Assembly (NCBI GenBank): GCA_035380245.1
Contig: DAOSXA010000001.1
Location: forward strand, 145,925-209,924
Reading direction: 5' to 3'
Length of the DNA: 64,000 nucleotides
Origin: Candidatus Zixiibacteriota bacterium
Lineage (GTDB): Bacteria; Zixibacteria; MSB-5A5; GN15; FEB-12
In this document: positions 28,472 to 36,661 of the stretch, one piece after another
Position numbering within the stretch: the stretch's first letter is position 1
Layout of the letters: each line of letters starts with the position of its first letter
Made by a program: the position numbers and the translations under genes
Notes under the pieces: generated by a model
The model's input: only the letters and a program-made list of their open reading frames with translations
Database searches by the model: none
What the model was told of the DNA's origin: nothing

Positions 28472-28677
28472 GGTGGGGCACCAAAAAGATGAAGAGGGAT
28501 TCCCGCTTTCGCGGAAAGACGCTTTCGGAGGTATGCTGCTGCAGGGGCAGACGAGACATCTGTCGCCCACGAAATCCCACCCGAGGGGTGGGGCACCTTT
28601 GTCCGAAACTTTCAGATTTATCCCACCCGTGGACGGGTGGGCCATTCGGCTGCAATTCCCACCCGTGGACGGATGGG
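28307..28677. repeat. Cluster of five REP-like hairpins (CCCACCC-N3-4-GGGTGGG)
   Basis: Hairpins at 28307-28325, 28462-28478, 28576-28593, 28622-28641 and 28658-28677, each preceded by an a/t-atc or attc motif. Confidence 0.75.
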
Positions 28678-28719
28678 CCACCCCTTAATACTCCCGCTAT
28701 AATCCTGCGCATAAAAAAG

Positions 28720-28809
28720 CGGAGAGGCAGGGATTCGAACCCTGGATAGAGCTATTAGCCCTATAACGGATTAGCAATCCGCCGCCTTCAGCCTCTCGGC
28801 CACCTCTCC
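28720..28809 (-). tRNA. tRNA-Ser (anticodon GCU)
   Basis: 90 nt. Acceptor GGAGAGG/CCTCTCC, anticodon loop TTGCTAA, long variable arm, T-arm CAGGGTTCGAATCCCTG, discriminator G. CCA is not encoded. Confidence 0.93.
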
Positions 28810-28887
28810 GGCGATAAGAACTTACGAGGATGGAATATATCGGACCGGCTCGGTTATTTCAAGCCCTTTTTCCGCCCGATTGATGAA

Positions 28888-30327
28888 TTAACTGCGGTCG
28901 GACCGGCTCAGCTTGGCGGTTACCACGTGAGTCCCGTCCTGGGAAAAGATGACACCGTCCATTTCCTCTTCGATTTCCTTGACCAGGCAACCGACGTGGA
29001 TTTTTACCCCCGGATAGACTTTACCGACGGCAATCACGCGGGCATCGCGAAGAGCCAGGAGTTTTTCTTCGGTCTCACGCTTCTTCTTCTCCAGAGCCTC
29101 AAGAGCAACCGGGACATGTTTCCCGAACTGCTCCAGTTTGGCCAGCCCCTCCTCCTGCTGCGGAGTGAGTTTCTTGTCCAGTTGGAGCTTATAAAGGTCG
29201 TATAGCTTCTCTTTGACACGGGCGGCGTCGGTTTTCAGGCGAGCTATTTCGTGTGTGGCTTCATGGTACTGGCGCAACAGTTTCTCATCGTAAGCAACCG
29301 TCAGAACGGTCTGGGTACCGGCATCGGAGCCGATATCGGTAGCGCGAATTTCTTTGCCGGCGTTGATTTCACCCCCGACAATTTTACCCTTACGCCCCTT
29401 GACCATCACCCGCTCATGAGCGGTAACATGACAGTTGACCAGTTCTCCCCCGGATATTACATGCTCTCCGGCCGTAATCGTCTGCCCCTGGGCGTACTTA
29501 ATCGTAACATCGCCGTCAGCGTGCATAACCCCATCACCGCCGCCGTAAAAACCGCCTCGAACAAGGATGTTCCCCTTACAGAAGACTTTGGCATCCTCGA
29601 CATTGCCGCTCACCTCGAGATCCCCCCCTACTTTGACCTCAAAGCCGGTATGTATGTGCCCGGTAATACGCAGCGAACCGACACAGTCCAGATTGCCGAC
29701 GTTAAAATCGACATCTTTGACCTGCATGACATCCTTGACCGAGACACGCCCCTGTTTGAAGATAATGGCCCCGTCGCAACGCGCTCTCATTTCGAGCCCA
29801 CCTCCCACGATTTCTACATTCTCGCCGGGACTGAACGGGATGTTACGACCGCGCGGCGCCGAAATAGGGCGACCATCGACACCGGTGCCGGAGATACCAT
29901 CGGCGGGAAGCGTGCGCTTGACCAGCAGATCTCCCTTGTGGACGTTCTGAATATAACCCATGTCGCGATAATCGATGCGACCGTCGGGACCTTCCTGGGG
30001 CTGAAAACGATTTTCAGTCTGGAAAAAATACTCGAATTCAGTGTGCTTGCCCTGAACCATCGGGCTGCCCTTGGCCACCTCGATGCTTTGGCCGTAAGCC
30101 TGGCCGATAGCGGCTTCGACAATGGCATCTTCGTTCAAGCCATAGGTAACCCCGGCCAAACTGATCGCCTGGCGAATTTCCTCTTCGGTGACAGGCGGTT
30201 CTCCGGTAGTAGGCTGACTGATCGCAATTGTAGCAATCAGGCGATCCTTGGTGATATTCACCCGGACCCTTTTACGTCTTACGACGCTGTCCTTGTTTTG
30301 TATGTCGGGAGTCTCGGCCGGCGTCAT
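28888..30327 (-). CDS. FapA-family (DUF342) flagellar assembly protein
   Basis: Beta-helical repeats (VGGDLEVSGNVEDAKVFCKGNILVRGGF...GKIVGGEINAGKEIRATDIGSDAGTQTVLTV) and a C-terminal coiled coil. The ATG at 30327 is preceded by AGGAG. Confidence 0.75.
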   Translation of the reverse strand: MTPAETPDIQNKDSVVRRKRVRVNITKDRLIATIAISQPTTGEPPVTEEEIRQAISLAGVTYGLNEDAIVEAAIGQAYGQSIEVAKGSPMVQGKHTEFEYFFQTENRFQPQEGPDGRIDYRDMGYIQNVHKGDLLVKRTLPADGISGTGVDGRPISAPRGRNIPFSPGENVEIVGGGLEMRARCDGAIIFKQGRVSVKDVMQVKDVDFNVGNLDCVGSLRITGHIHTGFEVKVGGDLEVSGNVEDAKVFCKGNILVRGGFYGGGDGVMHADGDVTIKYAQGQTITAGEHVISGGELVNCHVTAHERVMVKGRKGKIVGGEINAGKEIRATDIGSDAGTQTVLTVAYDEKLLRQYHEATHEIARLKTDAARVKEKLYDLYKLQLDKKLTPQQEEGLAKLEQFGKHVPVALEALEKKKRETEEKLLALRDARVIAVGKVYPGVKIHVGCLVKEIEEEMDGVIFSQDGTHVVTAKLSRSDRS

Positions 30328-30337
30328 CGGGGCTCCT

Positions 30338-30745
30338 CTAGGTCGGTTCGTTGGAAGTCTGGTTCGAAGCGGACAGGATGCGCCAGTAAGCCCGCTCCAC
30401 AACCAGCGATATCTCGTAGCTCTTGAACGGCTTGGTCACATATTCATCAGCACCCAGAAGAAGAGCATCTTTTACGGTGTACGTGTCACCATAAGCGGTC
30501 ATGATAATGACACCGATTTCAGGGTGGTCTTTCTTGATGATGCTGAGCAGCTCGAAACCGTCCATGCGCGGCATCTTCATATCCGAGATAACGATATCGA
30601 CCTTATTGTTTTTAAGATACTCCAGAGCGGCAACGCCGTCCTCCGCCGTGTTGATCCGGTACCCCTCACGCGAGAGGATCTTCATCAGCAGGTTACGCAT
30701 CATCAATTCATCATCGACGATCAATATCGATATCGAACTCTTCAT
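30338..30745 (-). CDS. Stand-alone response regulator receiver (CheY-like)
   Basis: 135 aa. Conserved residues are present: ILIVDDE, IVISDMKMP, IIMTAY, VTKPF. Confidence 0.85.
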   Translation of the reverse strand: MKSSISILIVDDELMMRNLLMKILSREGYRINTAEDGVAALEYLKNNKVDIVISDMKMPRMDGFELLSIIKKDHPEIGVIIMTAYGDTYTVKDALLLGADEYVTKPFKSYEISLVVERAYWRILSASNQTSNEPT

Positions 30746-30798
30746 CTATCCGTCTCCTTAATCAAGCACAAGTGCTCGCTCAGATTCCGTCCCCAACC

Positions 30799-31311
30799 TC
30801 AGCGTTGCAACGCTGAAGTTACTTCGGAGATGAACGTCTCCATCATTACCGGTTTGTACATCACCCTGCAGGCGCCCATAATCCCGGCTTCGGTTACCAG
30901 TTTCTCGGTAGCGTTACCGGTAATAATCATGACCGGCACCTCGGGTGAGATATCCTTGATAGCCGAGAGGACATCCAATCCGGACATTTCCGGCATAATG
31001 AGGTCCAGAGTGATCAGATCGTATTGACTGCCGCGTACTTTGGCGATGGCATCCTGGCCGTCGCCGGCGAGGTCTATATCGAAGGCCTGAGTAAGTTCGC
31101 AGAAATCTTTGAAAACGTCCTGAACCCATTTTTCGTCATCGACGATCAACACCCGGAACGGTTTGCCCCTTTGCCTGACCAGTTGGGTCAGCACCTCGGT
31201 TTCGGGAGAACTGTTCAAACCTGTCTCCTGTTCTGTAAGTCTATCGATCCGGTGGTTGGCACCGGTATATTGCATCTTTCGGCCCCTTTTGGTGCGTCGC
31301 AACCTCGGCAA
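30799..31311 (-). CDS. Response regulator receiver with short N-terminal extension
   Basis: Conserved residues are present: VLIVDDE, LITLDLIMPEMSG, MIITGN, YKPV. The start is uncertain (31311 or 31275). Confidence 0.8.
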   Translation of the reverse strand: MPRLRRTKRGRKMQYTGANHRIDRLTEQETGLNSSPETEVLTQLVRQRGKPFRVLIVDDEKWVQDVFKDFCELTQAFDIDLAGDGQDAIAKVRGSQYDLITLDLIMPEMSGLDVLSAIKDISPEVPVMIITGNATEKLVTEAGIMGACRVMYKPVMMETFISEVTSALQR

Positions 31312-31448
31312 TTTCGCCCGAAGCGGTTTATTCCGATCCGGACGCTGGTACGGGCTGTCGCCAGGGCGCCGAAACGACGCCTTTCTGTTATTATCGTCAT
31401 CTCAATCTCATCCTAAACGGCCGGACCGGCATAATCTTAACCGTCCGA

Positions 31449-31808
31449 TTACACGGTCAGGTCGGTAGATTTGGACAATGTATCCATGATCGAGGAACAC
31501 TGATCCAAAATCGAATTCAGTTTCAGTTCGATTCGATCTCTGGAGACAGCTCCGGAGGGGACATCGTAAGCCATTGTTTCCAAATGCCTTGCAGCACCTA
31601 CCAGATGTGTGATCTCCTGTACCGCCTTGATCGTGCCGTTGACCAGACGAACGAAGTCCGGTTCCATTTTGCCCAGTTCTTTGGAATTGGGTTTGGCCTT
31701 GGCCAGGTATATAGCCAGGTTCAGAGCCAGGACTTTTACTTCTTCGCTGAGACGGTCCACCTTGTTGACGATGGTAATCTCTCTGCGGCGATTTGTTTTT
31801 GACTCCAT
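31449..31808 (-). CDS. Small helical protein with remote similarity to the MCP signalling hairpin tip
   Basis: 119 aa. VKVLALNLAIYLAKAKPNSKELGKMEPDFVRLVNGTIKAVQEITHLV aligns gaplessly by eye to the MCP tip ([46 protein letters not shown]). The EQGRGF turn is not conserved. Confidence 0.3.
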   Translation of the reverse strand: MESKTNRRREITIVNKVDRLSEEVKVLALNLAIYLAKAKPNSKELGKMEPDFVRLVNGTIKAVQEITHLVGAARHLETMAYDVPSGAVSRDRIELKLNSILDQCSSIMDTLSKSTDLTV

Positions 31809-31810
31809 AT

Positions 31811-32167
31811 CTATTCCAATAGCTTGGCGATACTTTCTTTTAGCTCGGACAGATCGGACGACTTGACAAGGTAATCATCAGCGAGCCAGGTTTGAAAATC
31901 CGCCTTATAGATACTGTAAGCGGAGTTAATCACGACCCGAGTATCGGGTAATTTTTTGCGGAGTTCCTGAAGCGCTTCGATTCCGGTCATCTCCGGCATC
32001 TCAATATCGAGGACGATCAGATCGAACGACTCGGGCGGTCCGGCCTGAAGCAGCTTCACCGCAGAATCCATTGTCTCGACCCGGTAGCCGCATTCCTCCA
32101 GTTCGGTCTGATAGAGCAACCGGATATGCGGATCGTCGTCAACTACCAGGATTCTCTTCTGAGTCAT
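31811..32167 (-). CDS. Stand-alone response regulator receiver
   Basis: The ATG at 32167 is preceded by GGAGGA. Conserved residues are present: ILVVDDD, IVLDIEMPEMTG, INSAY, VKS. Confidence 0.85.
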   Translation of the reverse strand: MTQKRILVVDDDPHIRLLYQTELEECGYRVETMDSAVKLLQAGPPESFDLIVLDIEMPEMTGIEALQELRKKLPDTRVVINSAYSIYKADFQTWLADDYLVKSSDLSELKESIAKLLE

Positions 32168-33920
32168 TTTTCCTCCTGTGAATCGGAATCTTGACGTAGA
32201 GCGACGGCAACGACTGCAGGTTGGTTTGCAAACCATAAGTACCGCCATGATAACGGATCGTTTCACCGGCAACCATGACGGTCAGTCGTTGTGAGGCCCC
32301 CTTCTGTGAGAATATCTGTGTCAGCAGTTTGTGCATCTTGTCGCGGTTTTCCTCGGGAGTGTGCACATCGATAGTCATGCAAGCCTGGCCATCGACAATT
32401 TCCGTGTGAACCACGGCATCTCCGGGTGGAATCAGCTCCTCGGCAACCAGCTTGAGGAGTTGATAGACGGCATGAGCCAATTGATCGCTGTTGCCAAACA
32501 CTTCAATTCCCGGCTGTAGTTCCAGATTGATATCATCAAAAGCGCCACGGCACCGACCAGCGAGCGTACGATAGCTGCGCTCGATCAGGGCGGAGAAATC
32601 AACGACTTCGTTCCGGGCACGGCTGGCTTTGGAGAAATCCAACACATGAGCAAGAACGGTTTCGGCGCGACGAACCTCACCGGCAATGATATTCAGGTAT
32701 TCCCGATGATGATCGGCCAGGTCGGACTTGAGCAACAGGTTGGCGAAGCCACCGACGATGGTGAGCGGATTACGTAGTTCATGCGCTATCGCCGAAGTGA
32801 GTTCGCCGATCACCGACATTTTCTCGAACTGGATGATCTGATCCTGGGTCTCGGCCAGACGGCGATTGATACGCTCCATCTCCTGAGCACGTTGAAGCTG
32901 TATCTCATATAGTTCAGCGCGTTCCATCGCAACGGCAGCCTGATTCGATAATACCTGCAACAGGCGAACATCTTCATCGGTGATCGTACGCCCGGTGAAA
33001 AGGTTGTCGGCGACCAGTAAACCCTGGAGGTTTCCCTTGCTGACCATCGGGACCAGAGCCAACTCGCGCGAGCCAAGACGTAGTATAAGCGACTGAGTGA
33101 TTTCATCGACCGGGTCGTTCGGATCGAGAATAAACCATTGACCAAGATGACAGGCATTCTCAATATCCGACGGTTGGTTGAAATCGATGCTGTAATCTTT
33201 GATGAGCCCGGTAATTCCGCCTTCGACACCGACCTCGTCATGGATGCTGGCGGTCAGCAGATCGGACAAGGTCAGTCTATTCGAGTCCATATCGTGCCAG
33301 ATGCGTCCGGCCTCTTCGGCCGAGGTCGGCCCCACCGCCAGATGCCCCTGGAGCAATCGTTGCTTTTCATCGTACAGGAACAGGAAAGCCCGGTTGAAAC
33401 CGAGTCCCTGAGAAGCCGTAGCACCGGTCAGGATGGCCATGAGAATATGATCCAGGTCATGCGTGGATGAAAGCGCCGTGGCGACTTCGGCCAGGATTTG
33501 CAGTTCATCCTGAAGCTCGGCATAGGCCGCTTGATTTTCCAGTTTGCGAGTCTGGCGGACGAGAGCGACGATGCGGCGATCGTCGTTATATCCAAAAGCC
33601 TGACAGCAGAAATCCAACTCGCAGAATTGACCTCTCCGATTGGTACAATGCACTTCGGAAAGACAGAAGGGGCGATCGCCGTTCAGGACTTCATTGAAAT
33701 GTTCCTGGACATCTGAGTCGAATACATTGTCGATTCGTTCCAGAGAATAATCGATTCCCGGAGCTTGTTCATCGATACCCAGAAGTCGTGCGGCGGTTTC
33801 GTTGGTATGCACTATATAGCGATCGCGGTCGACCACGAACTGACCGATCTCGAACCGACTGAGCAGTTCGTCGCCGACGGTTGTCGGGATATTTGTGACT
33901 TGCTCTAACAGTCTGTCCAT
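32139..33920 (-). CDS. PAS-GAF-HisKA sensor protein with degenerate HATPase_c domain (putative pseudokinase)
   Basis: The H-box AHELRNPL is present. The C-terminal domain keeps the fold outline (TIRYHGGTYGL), but the N box is replaced by QLLKLVAEEL, G1 DxGxG by DVHTPEE, and G2 GxGLGL by ASQRLT. The start at 33920 lies 2 nt after the upstream stop. Confidence 0.7.
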   Translation of the reverse strand: MDRLLEQVTNIPTTVGDELLSRFEIGQFVVDRDRYIVHTNETAARLLGIDEQAPGIDYSLERIDNVFDSDVQEHFNEVLNGDRPFCLSEVHCTNRRGQFCELDFCCQAFGYNDDRRIVALVRQTRKLENQAAYAELQDELQILAEVATALSSTHDLDHILMAILTGATASQGLGFNRAFLFLYDEKQRLLQGHLAVGPTSAEEAGRIWHDMDSNRLTLSDLLTASIHDEVGVEGGITGLIKDYSIDFNQPSDIENACHLGQWFILDPNDPVDEITQSLILRLGSRELALVPMVSKGNLQGLLVADNLFTGRTITDEDVRLLQVLSNQAAVAMERAELYEIQLQRAQEMERINRRLAETQDQIIQFEKMSVIGELTSAIAHELRNPLTIVGGFANLLLKSDLADHHREYLNIIAGEVRRAETVLAHVLDFSKASRARNEVVDFSALIERSYRTLAGRCRGAFDDINLELQPGIEVFGNSDQLAHAVYQLLKLVAEELIPPGDAVVHTEIVDGQACMTIDVHTPEENRDKMHKLLTQIFSQKGASQRLTVMVAGETIRYHGGTYGLQTNLQSLPSLYVKIPIHRRKNDSEENPGS

Positions 33921-33922
33921 CG

Positions 33923-34768
33923 TTAATCCTTGTCTTCCGTCTCGACGCATCGATCCATCGCTTCGACCAGACTGCATATCCCGCTCAGGCGGCGATTTGC
34001 TTTGGAAACGCGAAGGGCGGCAGCTTCGATACGTCTCATACGCGACAGTTCCTTTTGACTGACCGCAGATTTCTCCATTACCAGGCATTGGATATTGCCC
34101 ACGATTACGGCCAGGGGGTTGTTAATTTCATGATTGACACTGGCGGCCAGACGCGCAGCTTCTCGCAGCCGCACCATGAGGTTGGCGCCCGATAAAACAT
34201 TCCGTTCACCAGTGGAATGCTGCTGCACTTCAGCCCGTGTGCGATTGAGTTCTTCGTCCAGTTGCAGCATCTGTAACGAGACGCCGAGGGGCCCGGCGAC
34301 CATCTCGGCCATCCGTAATTTCTCGTCGTCGTAGATATCCGCGGCAAAACAACCGAGATTGACCACTCCGACCAACTCCTCACCGTACAGCAACGGAATT
34401 GACAAAATGCTGCGATAATGACCGTCCGGTTCGGATAGAAAATCTTTCTTACGTAACGGAATCCGAGTGGGGCGACGGTTGGCTGCCACCCAGCCTTCGA
34501 GGCCGAGTCCGGATCCCAGTGACAGATAACTCAGGAATTGTACACGGCGTCCGACGCTGACCAATTCTTCAAGACGACGGCTCACACGGGACACCAGATG
34601 CACCGTTGCGCCATCGAACGGGATCAAATCCTTGAGTCTCTTCAACAGCGAGGCGCTTTTATCCGAAAGGGAGCCCTTAATATCGATCGGGCTGCACAAT
34701 CGAAGAAGCTTATTGAGACGATCCGCATCGTTTGATACGGTCGGGATGTCACTAGCGGTCGTGGTCAC
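33923..34768 (-). CDS. GAF plus HisKA/DHp-only protein (no ATPase domain)
   Basis: 281 aa. GAF-like region, then the H-box SVNHEINNPLAVIVGN. The ORF ends about 60 aa later, with no catalytic domain. Confidence 0.7.
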   Translation of the reverse strand: MTTTASDIPTVSNDADRLNKLLRLCSPIDIKGSLSDKSASLLKRLKDLIPFDGATVHLVSRVSRRLEELVSVGRRVQFLSYLSLGSGLGLEGWVAANRRPTRIPLRKKDFLSEPDGHYRSILSIPLLYGEELVGVVNLGCFAADIYDDEKLRMAEMVAGPLGVSLQMLQLDEELNRTRAEVQQHSTGERNVLSGANLMVRLREAARLAASVNHEINNPLAVIVGNIQCLVMEKSAVSQKELSRMRRIEAAALRVSKANRRLSGICSLVEAMDRCVETEDKD

Positions 34769-35397
34769 CCTTCCTCTCCTACAGTAGCCTGCTCCAGGTG
34801 CTCAGTTATCCGGCGACACAGTTTTTGTTCCAGCTCATGGAAGAAGATCTGTTTATCCGGTGCCGAGACATGAATTTCAGGATCATTGATGTTGTCATCC
34901 ATGGACATTTGCATGATCCGTTTGGCTTCTTTACTGATTTTGAAAGGCTCGGCGGTAATGACTCTCCCCCAGGACAAATCGATGAGGCGCAACTCACCTT
35001 CGATCACTCCGACAGTCGAATATTTGTGGAAAACCAGCGGGATATGCCAGCTTTTACGCCGTTCGAGCCGTTCGGAGTTAACATCGACCAGCAGCAAATA
35101 ACGCCCGCCCACTTCGCGTCCCCAGTTGACCAGCGAGTCGGTATCAAAGCGATTGGTCGGGAAAGGCGGAAGGTTATCCTGTCCGGGTTCTGCCAGCACC
35201 GGTCGCAGTTGTTCGTTGCGAGAGATATCCGCAGCCAGAATTTGTTCGATTTGCGGTTGTGACCAGGCGGACTCGGCCTGATCGACACGTATTATGATTT
35301 TACGTGCGAACGAATCAGCCAGGGCAACTCCGTTCAATACCATGATCAGTAATGCCAGAGCTATGCCGATCTTGACCAGTCGGGCAATCATAATCAC
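34765..35397 (-). CDS. Secreted or membrane-anchored hypothetical protein
   Basis: 210 aa with N-terminal hydrophobic segment IGIALALLIMVLNGVALA. No family recognised. Overlaps both neighbours by 4 nt. Confidence 0.4.
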   Translation of the reverse strand: MIMIARLVKIGIALALLIMVLNGVALADSFARKIIIRVDQAESAWSQPQIEQILAADISRNEQLRPVLAEPGQDNLPPFPTNRFDTDSLVNWGREVGGRYLLLVDVNSERLERRKSWHIPLVFHKYSTVGVIEGELRLIDLSWGRVITAEPFKISKEAKRIMQMSMDDNINDPEIHVSAPDKQIFFHELEQKLCRRITEHLEQATVGEEG

Positions 35398-35876
35398 ACC
35401 TGTTCCCGAGCTACGAACCGGTTGACGACCTCACGAACGGTCTTGTCGAAATGGTCAAACTGCTCGTCCAGAAGATCCATCTCGGAAGCCGACAGAATGT
35501 CATTCAAATTCTCGCGTGTAACGAACTGAACACCGGCAAGATTGCCGCTCTCATCCGTATCACAACGTTTGACCAGACCGAGAATACCGTTGAGGGTGCC
35601 GGTGTCACGAAGCAGGAAACGCATGGCGACGATGTCGCCTTCATTGACCGGCTGCTCCAGATCGAGCAGTACGCCGCCGGCGGAAATGTTCAGGATATTT
35701 CCCTGAATGCGATACTCATCTCCCTGCGGCCAGTAGTTTCCGAAAATGTCCTTAATGCGACTCAGTGAAGCGGGAGAGGTTATCTCGATTCTTACGAACT
35801 GACGTTTTTCGGTCGTATGCTCCTGAGCAGTCGCGACCTTGTTATCGTTGGCATCCTGCGTGGGTGATTTTCCCAT
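35394..35876 (-). CDS. PilZ-domain c-di-GMP receptor
   Basis: RxxxR (KRQFVRIE) and N/DxSxxG (NISAGGVLL) motifs are intact. Confidence 0.8.
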   Translation of the reverse strand: MGKSPTQDANDNKVATAQEHTTEKRQFVRIEITSPASLSRIKDIFGNYWPQGDEYRIQGNILNISAGGVLLDLEQPVNEGDIVAMRFLLRDTGTLNGILGLVKRCDTDESGNLAGVQFVTRENLNDILSASEMDLLDEQFDHFDKTVREVVNRFVAREQV

Positions 35877-35897
35877 GATTAACTCCTGTATCGATGG

Positions 35898-36659
35898 CTA
35901 CAATCTATTTTTCTTTTTCCAGGCAATCAGCGCCTGGTTCATCTCGGCCCGCTTAGGGGCGGTAAACTCAAACACGGCCGGGGGTAGAAGCTTGAGAATG
36001 TTCTCAGGTACTTCGACCCGCGCCTGCATGTCGGTGAGGAATTCCACACCGGTATAGAAATGCCCGGTTTCGGGCTGTATGCTGTGTCTGACACATCCGA
36101 TCATGAGAACCGGGAATTCGAATTGATCGAGGGCCAGATTAACGAATAACTTGGTGCCTTTTTCCAGGCGACTGGAGAGATCAAGTAAAAGACCGCCGCC
36201 GGAGAGATTGACGGATTCGGTTTCCATCCAGCGCATATTCTTGAGTTTCTTGGGATGAAAAGCCGGTCCGGCCATAACGGCCATGCGCACCGGGAACGAC
36301 ATGCGAACCCGAATGAAACGTCGGCGCATGAGCGGAAGAGCTTTATCGTCCAGAAAAATACGACAACGACCGCCGGAGGTGCGCTTAAGCAGGGCAGCAA
36401 CAGTGATTTCTTCTCCCTTGTATTGGAAACAGAGGGCAATTTGTTGATTGCTGACGAGCGTATCGATGCTTCTCTCGGCGCCGCCGCGATCCAGGGTGAG
36501 AGAATTTTCGCGAGCTTCAATCACTCGTGTGGCCAGCGGTCTTCCGGGGAATTGTTCCGAATGTACCGTAACGGAACGACCAACCATTGTCGAGAGATCT
36601 AACAAGGCAGTGTTGAACATGACATCATCATGCTGATCTCTGACGGCCTGGGTGACCAT
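35898..36659 (-). CDS. YcgR-like (PilZN + PilZ) protein
   Basis: 253 aa with RRRFIRVRM and NLSGGGLLL motifs and an N-terminal beta-barrel-like domain. Confidence 0.72.
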   Translation of the reverse strand: MVTQAVRDQHDDVMFNTALLDLSTMVGRSVTVHSEQFPGRPLATRVIEARENSLTLDRGGAERSIDTLVSNQQIALCFQYKGEEITVAALLKRTSGGRCRIFLDDKALPLMRRRFIRVRMSFPVRMAVMAGPAFHPKKLKNMRWMETESVNLSGGGLLLDLSSRLEKGTKLFVNLALDQFEFPVLMIGCVRHSIQPETGHFYTGVEFLTDMQARVEVPENILKLLPPAVFEFTAPKRAEMNQALIAWKKKNRL

Positions 36660-36661
36660 AT

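Larger units (their letters stand above)
24892..28736. mobile_element. Decayed tRNA-Ser-associated genomic islet bounded by 24-nt direct repeats (no integrase)
   Basis: aaaaaagcggagaggcagggattc occurs at 24892-24915 and at 28713-28736. The second copy includes the last 17 nt of tRNA-Ser. Cargo is a truncated rhs gene, a lipoprotein gene and repeats. Confidence 0.5.

Noticed and set aside
28307-28677. Possible CRISPR array, because the repeated ~18-20-nt palindromes looked CRISPR-like
   Set aside because: The spacing is irregular (about 155, 114, 46 and 36 nt) and the repeat sequences are not identical. Two of the 'spacers' are themselves copies of the 155-bp repeat. There are no cas genes.
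29251-30426. 391-aa plus-strand ORF. Similar long antisense ORFs occur at 6882-7586, 8330-9028, 41976-42812, 39006-39500 and 19584-20462.
   Set aside because: All lie opposite well-supported genes (FapA, LpxL-like/KdsD, KdsC/KdsA, FlhF/FlhA, FliA region, Spy-like). Their composition is typical of antisense frames, and they have no motifs.
31414-31439. Sigma-28-like promoter (TAAG-N14-GCCGTTTA on the minus strand) upstream of the second receiver gene
   Set aside because: It matches only 3/4 of the -35 and 6/8 of the -10, and the spacer is 14 nt instead of 15. That is too weak to report without a genome-specific FliA motif.
33921-34088. N-terminal extension of the sensor-kinase-like ORF. Similar extensions occur at 32168-32272, 30328-30402, 21211-21252, 26142-26225, 46815-46886, 48269-48361 and 57843-57917.
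   Set aside because: The extensions overlap the preceding gene. Internal ATGs with good SDs or tight stop-start coupling give proteins that begin at family-typical N-termini.
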